A DNA stretch of 64,000 nucleotides from Octopus vulgaris (lineage: Eukaryota), in the NCBI GenBank assembly GCA_951406725.2, contig OX597832.1, positions 38,998,001 to 39,062,000 of the forward strand. The letters run 5' to 3'. A program made the translations under genes and the position numbers. The stretch's first letter is position 1, and each line of letters starts with the position of its first letter. Below are positions 43,196 through 55,817 of this stretch, piece by piece. Under the pieces are notes generated by a model, which was not told the DNA's origin, did no database searches, and was given only the letters and a program-made list of their open reading frames with translations.

Positions 43196-43438
43196 GTTTA
43201 CTCGTTTACTCTTTTACATGTTTCAGTCATTTGACTGTGGCCATGCTGGAGCACCGCCTTTAGTCGAGCAAATCGACAGCAGGACTTATTCTTTGTAAGC
43301 TTAGTACTTATTCTATCGGGTCTTTTACCGAACCACTAATTTACGGGGACATAAGTACACCGTGTTTAGCCCCTTGTGGGTAGTAAAGAAATAGGTTGTC
43401 AAGCGATGTTGGGTGGGGGGACAAACACAGACACACAA

Positions 43439-43523
<85 letters not shown>

Positions 43524-43690
43524 AATACGACGGACTTCTTTCAATTTCTGTCTACCAAATCCACTCAAAAGGCTTTGGTTGGCCTGAGGCTATAGTAGAA
43601 GACAGTTGCCCAAGGTGTCACGAAGTGGGACTGAACCTGGAACCATGTGGTTCGTAAGCAAGCTACTTACCACACAGCAACTCCTACGCC
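43196..43690 (-). mobile_element. SINE family 1 containing a captured family 2 tail
   Basis: Reverse complement of family 1; insert at 43362-43393. Confidence 0.88.
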
Positions 43691-43945
43691 TAATAACACA
43701 TGGAATCGGTCGACAGAATTATTCACAATCAGGATAAACAGTTCAAAGCTATATTGTTACAGACAGACCTATGAAATTCTGAAAAGACTAACGATACAGA
43801 TAGAACTGTGGACGCATAGGTGTAAGCTGTTTAAACTTATAATAAGTGTAGCATACTTCAACATTAGGTAAAAACCAGTGATTCTCAACGGGGATTCTCA
43901 TAGTCATTCAATGTTAAAAAAATCGTATTATGTTTTTATAATAAA

Positions 43946-44240
43946 CTAGCAGTATCGCCCGGCGTTGCTCGGGTTTGTAAGGGAAATAACTATATAAGCA
44001 TTTTAGAGAGTTATAGCCAAAAAATAGCAAAAAAATGCATTAAAAATGGAAAAAAAATTATGGTAATTTTTTTTAAATCGTTGACTCATTGTAGACATTT
44101 TTGGAGAGTATACCCCTTAATAGCGAAAGAAAATGCATTAAAATGGAAAAAAATTAAGATACCCGCTTTTGGTTACACTGCACCGCAAAATGTGGGAGTA
44201 GTTAGGAATCTAAATCGTTGGAGACAGACACACAACTTGA
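43946..44240 (-). mobile_element. Non-autonomous Helitron, 3' end
   Basis: Minus strand CCCGAGCAACGCCGGG hairpin, 8 nt, then CTAG followed by T. The 5' limit is approximate. Confidence 0.78.
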
Positions 44241-44339
44241 TAGGAATTGTAGTGAAAAATTGTTGAAATATTTTGTGTATCCTTGAAGTATAACAAACTC
44301 ATTGCAGATACATTTTGGTTGGGAATGTTAGTACATAGC

Positions 44340-44510
44340 CAGCAAATTCGGGGAGGGGATAAGCTGATTACTTCAACGTCAGTGTTAAACTGGTTTTATT
44401 CTATCGATCCCGAAAGGATGAAAGGCAAAGTCGACCACAGTAAAACTTGAATTCAGAATGTAAAGACGGACGAAAAAACGCTGAGAATTTTGTCCGTCGT
44501 GCTATCAATT
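44340..44510 (-). mobile_element. SINE family 2, diverged
   Basis: ATCGATCCCGAAAGGATGAAAGGCAAAGTCGACC core. Confidence 0.8.
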
Positions 44511-44622
44511 CTAATCTTATATGCACCACCAAGGGTAGATCAACAATTCTAAAAATACGGGTAGGACTGTTCACCATGAGAATAAAGGATGAAAGATGTA
44601 ATGATACTTGTGGAACTGTTCG

Positions 44623-44657
44623 CTTTCCGACGAAGAGTTATACCCGAAATATTAAGA
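44623..44657 (+). ncRNA. Diverged family B hammerhead-like motif
   Basis: CTTT-CCGACGA-A-GAGT(TAT)ACCC-GAAAT-ATT-AAG. Confidence 0.5.
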
Positions 44658-44724
44658 CTTTCGTCTTCCTCGTGACACAGCGATTTACCATACATTTGAA
44701 ATGTTTAAGCTCGAATATTTAAAA

Positions 44725-45240
44725 TCACCTATCAAATAATATCTACTGATATTTGGTATCATATATTCATGGTCCGATATAAATTTATGATAAAATATCA
44801 AATATTTATGATCTGAGATCAAATATCTGTGGTATGATGTATATACTTACGACCTGAAATCCTATATCTATTTTCTGTTACCGTGTATTTATGGTCGGAT
44901 ATCAAAACACTTTGAAATAGCTATCAAATAACACTAGCGTAATATCAAATGCACATGAATTGATATGTAAGTATGCCCTTGTACCTATGTTCTGGTATTA
45001 AAAAAAATTCTCTAATCTAAAGTGAAAGATCTATGGTCTGATATGATGTATCTATAGTCGACTATATAAAGTTTGTGGTCTGATATGAGAAATCTATGGT
45101 CTGATACTATTTATCTATGGTTTGGTGCTAAATATCTATGACCTGATATAAACAGAAATTTGATGTTTGACCATTGATATCAAATATCAATGGTCAAAAA
45201 TATGAATAGCTTCATACAAAATATCAATACTGTAGTATCA
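44725..45240. repeat. Degenerate minisatellite, unit about 21 bp (AAATATCTATGGTCTGATATC-like)
   Basis: Recurrent ATCTATGGTCTGATA motif. Confidence 0.75.
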
Positions 45241-46014
45241 CATGTCTGCAACAATTCTGTCTAAGAGATCACAGATGAATGAATAAGTAAGACTATTTTC
45301 TGATATCAATGTAAGTTACTGTCAGGTAGTGGCCTTTTGAACTTGCTGCAAATAAAATATATTGTTCGTATCCTCTATAGCTAATCAGACTCAATTAACT
45401 ACTCTTTGTTAAATGTATATATTTATTACTTTATGAGTGATTACTCTAGTAGCATACATCTACTAGACTATCGAATCAGTGTGGCAAACAGAGTAGTCAA
45501 TATATATAAATATATATATATATTACATAGTTTTATTGAATTACAATCAAGCGATAGCATATGACAAGTACAGAACGAAGCGCAACAATCAATCGTGTAG
45601 AGTGTCATGAGCTGAAATGTTGGTGGCTTGTATACCTTGTCCACTCTCTGCTTCGGTTTAATTACTTATAAAATAGGTAGCTGTTTTTGTTGTTGCTAAT
45701 TTTGTTGCATGGCACCAGGTCAACCATGGATGAGAAGACCTACGATCAAAGGTGCACCAGACGCGAACACCTTGTCACTCTTTCCTCGATAGTTCTAAAC
45801 AGATGAACAAATTTTATTAATCTGAAATAGTTGCATGGGTGAGAAACACTAAAGCTTAAACCATCCGAGAGAGAGATCGTGGAATCGTTACAAACTACTC
45901 GGAGTCAATACTCCTGCAACTCATTTATCAATTAGTAACTCAAACAAGAATTCCCTCCCTTGGTTACTATAGCAATAGTATTTTTATTGTCACTCTTCTC
46001 TGAATCACGTAGTG

Positions 46015-46345
46015 AAGGTGCATGGCTCAGTGATTAGAGCATCGGACTCAGAATCATGAAGTAGTGAATTCGACTCCCGGACCGTGCTGTGTTCTTGGGC
46101 AAGACACTTTATTTCACATTGCTCCAGTCCACTCATCTGTAGAAATGAGTTGCGACATCACTGATGCCAAGCTTTATCAACATTTGCCTTTCGCATGGAT
46201 AACATTGGTGGCGAGGAGAGGAGAGGGTGGTATGCATGGGCGACTGCTGGTCTTCATAAACAACCTTGCCCGGACTTTTTCCTTGGAGGGGGACATTCTA
46301 GGTGCAATCTCATGGTCAGTTATAATCGAAGAGGGTCTTTACTCT
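46015..46345 (+). mobile_element. tRNA-derived SINE family 3
   Basis: TGGCTCAGTGATTAG..GAATTCGACTCC..TTGGGCAAGACAC. Confidence 0.82.
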
Positions 46346-47263
46346 ATGAATTACGCGAGCAGATGACCTTTGAGTTGTGAGTTCAGTACTGTTATTTGCT
46401 TCCGCGCTGCTGTAATTCTAAGAGATAAAGATCTCCGTGAAGTATTTGTATCTAATTATCTTCAGTACAAACGTTTCGCAACAAACAGCATAAAGCAAAT
46501 AACATATTGTAAACGCAACCTAGCGAAAACCAGAGAACCGCTAGGCTGTCTAGGAGAATCCACGTGGCTTGTTTTGATGAGTTACGTTCTTTCTCACTTC
46601 TCTCACACACACCATTAATTTTAAGGAACATGCTTGTATCGTAGTCGACGAAAAACAGTAACCTTTACGTACATCTAGTGATATACACTAATTAAATGTA
46701 GGGACTCATATCCATGCACTACATTCGTCACATCATCCATCAAGTTATTTACAGAATATTCTTAAACGTTATGGTCATTGGACAGAGTTCATTTAATTTA
46801 TTGTATGTGCATTTATAAATATATTGAAGCAAGTAAATAAAATATTTGAAAACTCTAACCTAAGTGTATTTATTGACTATGCTGCAAGTAAGATATTTAA
46901 GAGTATTTGATATTCAAAGCTTCCATCGGGTCTTCTTCGGTTCTTTTCTTCGGCGGGTCGATTCACTCGGAGGTCACCAAGTCTTAGTGTAGTGGTTTGT
47001 CTTAGGTTATTCACAAGCTTGTGTGTGTAAACTAAAGTTAATATTTTTATTAACATACATATTGGTATACTTACAAATGTACATTCAATAAATTAATGGA
47101 TCAATGTTCAATGGACATATGTTAAGAATCTTCTGTATATGACTTGCTGGATAATGTAATGGAGGCAGTGAAAGGAAATTAATCACTACATCTAATTAAT
47201 CTTTATTGGACACTACAAGTAAAAGCTCGTACTTTTGCCAACTACTACATAAGCAGGATGGTA

Positions 47264-47585
47264 AAGGCGCATGGTTGAGTGGTTAGGATATTCGACTCAC
47301 GATCATAACTTCGTGAGTTCGATTCCCGGCGATGAATTGTGTCCTTGAGCTAAACATTCTATTTCACGTTGATCCAGTTCACTGAGCTGGCAAATATGAG
47401 ATGTGCCTGTCTTTCAAAGAGCCAGCCTTGTCTCATTCTGTGTCACGCTGAATCTCCCTGAGAACTACGTTTTAAAGATAAGCGTGTCTGTGGAGTACTC
47501 AGCCACTTGCACGTTAATTTCATGGGCAGGTGGATTCGTTGATCGGACGAACAAAAACACTCATCGTCGTAATCGCCGGAGTACC
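47264..47585 (+). mobile_element. tRNA-derived SINE (family 3-related)
   Basis: GGCGCATGGTTGAGTGGTTAG..GAGTTCGATTCCC head; GCCACTTGCACGTTAATTTC tail, also present on the minus strand at 31930-32022. Confidence 0.8.
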
Positions 47586-47857
47586 AATTACATAAGCATG
47601 ATGCCTAAAGGCGAAGGACGATGAGGAGACAAGTGTCATAGATTCCTCAAGACGCTTTGCCTTATTCCTTGTTAGTTTGAATCCAGCAGTGTTTTTAGAG
47701 CTGTGAACCATCCTTCCATTCTTCTACAATCTTCGCTCAAACCCTCTGATGGCAAAAGCAAAACTCACGTAGTTGAAGATTGCCGCATCTAACATAGTAA
47801 GTGAGCCACTGCTGGTTAGTGGAGCTATATTTTTATAGGCAGCTGTGCCCTTTATGG

Positions 47858-48260
47858 TAACATGTAAGGCAAATGATATGTGGCAACAACCATGCTGCAA
47901 ACATCATGCTGCAAATGCGTGTTGCAAATACCATGTGGCAAGCACCATGTAGTAAGCACCATATTGTAAACACCATATCGCATTCATCATGCAGCAAACA
48001 CTGTATGGCAAATATGTATGTGGCATATATCATGTTGCACACACCATGTAGCAAATGTCATAAAGCAAACACGATGTAGTAAAAAGGAGAAAAACATAAG
48101 GAATACCATGTAATAAATACCGTGTATTAACTACCATGAGTCAGACATACTAGTTGCTACGATATGTAGCACATATCGTGTGGCAAATACCTTGAAACAC
48201 ATAACATGTAGTAAACACCATGCGGAAAACGTCCTGTAGCAAATGCAACGTAGCAAAATA
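47858..48260. repeat. Degenerate minisatellite, unit about 14 bp (GCAAACACCATGTA-like)
   Basis: More than 15 decayed units visible. Confidence 0.8.
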
Positions 48261-49839
48261 CCAGGGACACAGTCCTGCGTAGCAGCTGGGTTTCGAACTG
48301 TCTACACTTTGGATAACATAATTTAAAATCGGCCAGATTTCTTTTTAGTTTGAGCCGCCACGCGTAAGACCATGCTGGAGTATTGCATGCTTTGGTGTAA
48401 AATGCAACAAAACACTTGTATCTTTGCACTGGATTTAAAATGAAGCATTAAGACCTTGCCTTGCATTATATTCCTGTCGTATCACTTCTACCACATCTGA
48501 TGTTAAATAATATAATATTTGTATTATCTACACATTATAGATAGAGAACTCTTATTTTACGGAAGGAACAGTAAAATATATGCACAGCAGTCATTTAAAT
48601 ACGATACTACCAGTTAAGAAACGTTAAGAAACATGATTAAATTAATCTAAAGAATGTGGAACTTAAATACATGCAAGCATTAATTGGAGAGCAATTCTGA
48701 GATGAAACACACATGGAAACCTAATATCATGAGCAGATTGTTACCTTGTTTTCTGTATCATTTAATTGAATATTTAAATTATTGAATAATGTTGTGTAAA
48801 TGCAGGTATGTTCCTAGTTAGTCACCATAAATAATAGGCAGAGTTCAAGTGGAAGAGAGGTTATTTGGGGTTTTTTTTTTCCATGAGGAGAAGAAGAAAT
48901 AATAGTTTGACATATTGTAATACAAACTTGAATGACATCATTTCGAATACAACGCAGACGTGCGGACACTTTCGTTGAGCAATTTTGAGCTCTAAATTCA
49001 TTTATGATTGCTAACATGATCTAGTAGTTAGGGTGTTGCTCTCACGACCACCAGATCATGGTTCGATTTCCGCACCGAGTGCGATTTCCGCACCTTGAGC
49101 AAAACACTTTATTTCACGTTGGTCAATTGCTGTGTAGGAACCGGTATGTCAAATAATAGACCCAACGTGTCCTTCTGCATGTCGTGAAAGGCGAATAAAA
49201 GGTTGATATATACAGAGACATAAGGCTAACTCATATCACAATTATATACAGCTCGAATCACGGGTTCCGACATCCTCGATCACTATGACATGATCAGCTG
49301 TGTTTTCTTCGACGAGATTTGAACGCAGAAATATGATCTTTAAATCAGTTGCTCTGAAGAGACCTCGATATTATCAGCCTACTTATCCACCAATTAGATA
49401 ATTTTTCCAAGTCTAATTTAATAGCGTATCGCATTTTCATTTCGAAATTTAGTAGAATAATAAACGTCAAGCATATGATATTCAAATTACACCCCTTCAA
49501 GTTCTGCATCAGTCCTTTTATACTTTGTTTTTTTTAGGTTTTTTCCTGGTTCGTTTATATATATATATTTTTTTTTTAAACATAAGAATTGGATATTTGA
49601 CTTCTACTAAAATATGAAAGTTTTGATCTCAGCTGAACGGCTTCAGTAATTCAATAAAGGAATCAACACACAAACAAACAAACATAACAAGCAAACACAG
49701 CAGATACAACAACAACAACAACAACAACAACAACAGTACTAACAACTGAAATAACAATAGCCACTAACATTACATCTCCTACCACCAGCGAGACAACAGC
49801 ATTAAGCAGCTATAACAACAAAAACAACACTAGTGATAA

Positions 49840-49940
<101 letters not shown>

Positions 49941-49942
49941 GG

Positions 49943-49986
<44 letters not shown>

Positions 49987-50015
49987 AATAACAAGGACAG
50001 CAACAGCAATAATGA

Positions 50016-50056
<41 letters not shown>

Positions 50057-50280
50057 GTGATAATAATAGTAATAATCATAATAATTACCTCAATACTTCC
50101 ATCCTAAAAATAGTGCGTAAATATCTCATTCTAAAAGTTCCTAATTCGTTTAAATGGCCGTTGCTACGTTCCTCGTATTGTGAAAACATGGCTTTGCAAC
50201 CGGAAAGATCAAACTTCTTATCGAGCGCAGCAACAATATTCAATTTACACAACAGCAACAGTAGTAGTAGTAGCAGCAGC

Positions 50281-50341
<61 letters not shown>

Positions 50342-50438
50342 CCATACAAACAATACAAGTGACAATAAAAACAACAAAAACAGAGGTGATGATGATGATG
50401 ATGATGATGATGATAATAATAATAATAATAATAATATG

Positions 50439-50511
<73 letters not shown>

Positions 50512-50547
50512 TAATAATAATATAATAATAATAATAATAATAATATG

Positions 50548-50611
<64 letters not shown>

Positions 50612-50822
50612 TAATAATAATAAAAACAGAAAGAACCACCACTCAAAAAACGAAAGCAGTACATTTTTTTTAAATAATCGCAGCGGCTCCTTTGTTGCTT
50701 ACCAAATTATTTATAAAAAATATTAAAAAATGAAGGCAGATTAGCATTTCCTTTCTATTAAATGTGCACGTAGCTTTCAATATTTTTTCATAAACTCCAC
50801 ATATAGTTTTCTTACACAATTC

Positions 50823-50862
<40 letters not shown>

Positions 50863-50966
50863 AATATATACATATATATACACACACAAATATATATTTA
50901 TGTATATATATATATATATATATATACACAAATATATACATATATATACACACACAAATATATATT

Positions 50967-51059
<93 letters not shown>

Positions 51060-51734
51060 ATGTATGCGTATACATACACGTATTTTTGCATATGCTTAAG
51101 TATAAGAGGAGAGAGAGAGCGAGAGTGAAAAAGAGCGAGTTTTTCCTGTAGAGATATTATAATCTGGTTAGCTTACTCGCATCAAAACAGCTGCTTGTTA
51201 GCTGTATGACCATTTCTAGAAAGGATCGATCGTTTTTCTAATTTCCCTTCTGTAAATCTCCAAATTATTTTACAGTTCCCCCGTCTCGCCTTTCGTTGCC
51301 CATCTCCCTACCTTTTGTCTTTCATTCCCTTTCGCTTCAATGTGCGTTGCATTGTTCTTCATCTATTCACTATATGTACATGCATGCATATGTGCGTGTA
51401 TGTATGTATGTATGTTTATATACATATACATATATATATATATTCATGTGTACGTATGTATGTATTCATATATATATAAATTTATTATTTTATATTGCAT
51501 TATGCCTTGTGTTTTCCTCTATTATTGTCGGTTGATCTTGATGAATCAAAGATCCCATAACGAGATGTTTAGCCTCTGTATACTCGATCACAAGAGTTCG
51601 CCTTAGAGACACATTAATCAAAACTTAATGGTGGAAATTTAATAACAGCAACGACGTCGACAACATTAACATCAATAACAACAAAAGCAATAACAACAAC
51701 AACAACAACAACAAAAATAGCAATAATAATAATT

Positions 51735-51943
51735 CTTTCTACTACAGGCACGAGCCCAGCTATTTTAGGGGAAGTATTAAGTCGATTACATCGGCCCCAG
51801 TACACAACTGGTACATAATTTATCGACCCCGAAAAGAGGAAAGGCAAATTTGACCTCGGCGGAATTTGGATTCAAAATGTAAAAACGGACGAAATGCCGC
51901 TAAGCATTTTGCCCGGCAAGCTCACGATTCTGCCAGCTCACCG
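51735..51943 (-). mobile_element. SINE family 2 (a partial further copy lies at 52262-52357)
   Basis: Colinear with 2440-2610. Confidence 0.85.
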
Positions 51944-52080
51944 AACTAATGTTAATAATAATAATAATAATATATATTATTATTATTGACATAGCATGCC
52001 CTGGTGCAACAGGATCCCTCTGAAAGAAAGAGAAAACAATAAGCAACTACGACGATTTAAAGTGGGAAATACGATTTAAA

Positions 52081-52257
52081 GTGCTTGAAAATGATCACAT
52101 ATCACTCCTCTGGAACTACCCCAGTCAAACTGACAGAAATATAGAGGCGAATAGGCCAAACATTATGTTGAAAGACTTCAGACAAAAATCATCCCTCCTC
52201 ATTGATATGACTGTCACCAGAAACTGAGCAAGTATAAAGATCTTGAAATAGAAGATA
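52081..52257 (+). pseudogene. R4/Dong restriction-like endonuclease domain fragment
   Basis: VLENDHISLLWN..TDRNIEANRPNIML..LLIDMTV / KLSKYKDLEIE, a decayed RPD..D..K..KY motif. Confidence 0.85.
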
Positions 52258-52356
52258 CAGCCGACCCAGGCGGAATTTGAACTCAGAACGTAAAGACGGA
52301 CGAAATGCCGCTAAGCATTTTGCCCGACGTGCGAACGATTCTACCAGCTCCCTGCC

Positions 52357-52406
<50 letters not shown>

Positions 52407-52407
<1 letters not shown>

Positions 52408-52750
52408 GTACAAGGTAGTCGCTCTCATGGCTTCTGATTGGAAGTCTTAGTGTAAAAGAAGGGCTACAACAAATATTCTGCTGCCAGTTGTTTGACCTTA
52501 ACCAGTTAAGTATGTTCCTTAGTGGCTGATGGTTTGTGCATTTCTGATCACATGCAGGGGTAGTGGTGGGGGGTTCATCGTAGCCATGTGTGAAGAGGAA
52601 TTCTTTGGAGCTTGAATAACCTCTAGAAACATGGGTGTTTCGTTCATCATCCTTGAGGAACCTTTTGACCGGGATGAGCAACTGGTTGGGGATATTGGGT
52701 TTCGTATATTTGTACCCCAGTGTCACATTGATGACATGTGTTGCTCTCTC
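52407..52750 (+). mobile_element. (AAT)n-anchored element, diverged and internally deleted
   Basis: Contains both the 5' and 3' portions of the family. Confidence 0.8.
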
Positions 52751-53191
52751 AAATATTAATAATAATGATAAATAGCTGTGAACCGAGTGACTAAATGTTA
52801 CGTTGTGAAGTTATGAGACAGAGCCAAGGAAATGAAGAATAAGTATTGCAATGTAGAGGTACGGTAATGATTGATAGAGGGTATTATGATGTAGCAATAT
52901 AAATGTATAATGGAAACAATGTTATGAAGTGATAGTATGAAAATGAGAGATGTTATTATGATTATGATATAGAGCTATGAGACCATGAGTAGGAGACGAA
53001 AAGAAAATTTCCATTCTTTTTTTATTTCTTATTCAGTATATAATACAACTTTGACACGCGATCTGAACTTTATAAACTGTCTCCAAGAAACAATGGAAAC
53101 AGAAAGAAAAACAAAACGAAAGAAATACGTCAGAAGAAGATCTGCTAGCCGGATCAGGGCCGGCCTTGGGCTATACTGCAACAATAACAAA

Positions 53192-53227
<36 letters not shown>

Positions 53228-54180
53228 CCTGTGTTTCGATAAAGTTGTTTGTTAATGAATTATTTTTGACTTTACTCCTTTCACTCATATGAATATTCGT
53301 GGCGTATATATATAAAGTCAACAATCACGTTATGCTATGTCTATAGGCAAGAAGCTTAATGGTATAGTTTAACTAAAAGTAAGCAGACAGCATGAGTAAA
53401 GTGTTCGTTACTGCGAAGTTATGAATTTATAGTTTCCACTCGATGTATATTGGGTTTAACGTCAAGTCGTGGATCTAACCACATGATGTGACTTGCTCCT
53501 GATGTCATGTAAGCCACTAATAATCAGTTCCGTGGTCGATTGGTCGGCGACTATCCTCCTCACAAAAGTAGTATGCTACTTTTGTGAGGAAGATATCTAG
53601 ATAGCAAGAAGGACTAACAAATAGCCCTGTCGATGAGGGAGATTCATAATATCACTGTCCATTTGATGATAGCGAAACTCTCCAACCAGTTAAAGTGGTG
53701 CATCAGTAAAGTCGCTTGGCCAGATAGAAGTCCTCCAAATTACACTCATAATTAAGAAACGAGACATAGAATGGAGCGATTCTGATTGCAGCATGACCAG
53801 TAATGGAACGATGTGGTAAGAACTTACCGAGAGTCAAAGAAGAACAGTAACAACAACAACATTGGTACTACCGACATTTAAACCTCCTACCATCTTTGCA
53901 TTCAAACTTCCATTCTCATATTACCGATTCTATAAAGTTCTCTGCATAAATCTACATGTAGCAATCTACATAATTAAAATATTTTAATTTACAGCATAAA
54001 TCTTACTAGATATATCAAAATATCTTAATCCTCTACTCCGAACTTTACTCATAAATTTCTCACGCAAATATCGCTACACTTAATACATTTAATAAGCATA
54101 ACACCTACCAACATTTCACCCTCTAAATGCTAAAATATCGACTATTCCTTTCTAGATTCAAATTGTATGGATACAGATTT

Positions 54181-54495
54181 AATATTTATTTATGCGCCCT
54201 TTTCGAGCCTAGCCAGGCTCATGGGCCCGTTTTCCCGCTTTCTATGGCGTATGTGTTCCCCCCAGCTGGACGGGACGCCAGTCCATCGCATAGTTACTCA
54301 AGAAACAGGAAGAAAGAGTGAGAGAAAGTTGCGGCGAAAGAGTACAGCAGGGATTGCCACCACCCCTGCCAGAACCTCGTGGAGCTTTAGGTGTTTTGCC
54401 TCAATAAACACACACAACGCCCGGTCTGGGAATCGAAACCGCGACCCTCCGACCGCGAGTCCACTGCCCTAACCACTGAGCCATTGCTCCTCCCC
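54181..54495 (-). mobile_element. tRNA-derived SINE family 4 with 15-bp target-site duplication
   Basis: Minus strand TGGCTCAGTGGTTAG..GGTTTCGATTCCC and GCGATGGACTGGCGTCCCGTCCAG; TSD TATGGATACAGATTT at 54166-54180 and 54496-54510. Confidence 0.92.
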
Positions 54496-55285
54496 TATGG
54501 ATACAGATTTTGTCTATCCAATTTCAGTGAACGCAAACAACATGTATTCAGTTTGCAGTAGCATGCTATCGAACCCATTTATATTTAGAGATAAATCTCA
54601 GTAGAACCCAATTCGAATCAGCAAATAACCACCAATGTGCTTAGAAATAATTCACAGAAAAATAGTATCATTTGAAGCAGAATGTTCTCTTAAGGTTTTA
54701 GGAATATCCAGAGAAGAAAGATTCAAACAATTTCTGCTATATTACAAACTTTGAAATATAGCTTCCAAATAAAACCATTTACCTGAAGTGCCTTTATAGT
54801 AAAATATTTATCACGTACAAATATTGTCAATTAACCTGCAGGAAAATGTAGGAAACTACATATTGTTTTCCTTCTAACCACCTTTCTGCAACATTTTTAC
54901 CTGTATTTTCTATGATACTTCCAACCTTCAAACCTTCATATTAATTAGTATCCGTAGGATACTACGCGTATAACCATATCATGTATTCATATAGCACAGG
55001 TGAAAAGATAAATGAGCAAAGAAATTCACCTGTGATATATGAATACATGATGTGGTATTTCTGGTAAGGCAGTATTTCTTCCATACCCTTAATTAGAATT
55101 ATTATTATTATATTATTATATATTTATAATAATTTACGGTTTTTCCAATGCTGGACACTTGATACGATCGTTATTCAAAATAATGGTCCTATACTTTATA
55201 TATATATATATATATATTGTTATATTTCGGAATGGTCATTTTGCCAGTTTAGCCAATAAAATCTTGCACAACAAATATTTAAACG

Positions 55286-55356
<71 letters not shown>

Positions 55357-55783
55357 CCGTGAGAGTTAGAGGCTGGGAAGCCAACCAACTAAGAGATAGT
55401 GCCTATCCAATATGCTGCTGGTAATGAAAATGGGGTCATAACCCCGAAATATTGAATACAAAGTAAGTCTACATTAATTCACATATTTATTTTCTTGTGA
55501 TTTACCTTCCATTTACCTCGCTTTGTTTTGGTCTTACCCACGATATATGTATATATATGAATATTAATAAATATATGTGTATATATATTGGTCTCTCTTT
55601 GTATTTTTGCATATGTATATAAAAGGACCTAATTATATGTGTTTTATTTTGCCTCTGTATTTTAATGTACGTATATGTGAGTGTGTGTATGAATGTATTC
55701 ATGTACATATGGTTATATGCGAGGATATACTTATGTATATATGTGTGTGTGTACGTGTACGTATGTGTGTTTGTATGTATATT

Positions 55784-55816
<33 letters not shown>

Positions 55817-55817
<1 letters not shown>

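Noticed and set aside
44725-45240. CRISPR-like array
   Set aside because: Contiguous degenerate units with no unique spacers, no cas genes, and eukaryotic context.
54196-54225. GAGCCT/AGGCTC-GAAA on the minus strand as a hammerhead
   Set aside because: No proper core or cleavage triplet; it is the SINE 3' stem-loop.
54415-54492. SINE heads as tRNA genes
   Set aside because: A/B boxes are present but there is no complete cloverleaf, and they continue into SINE bodies.
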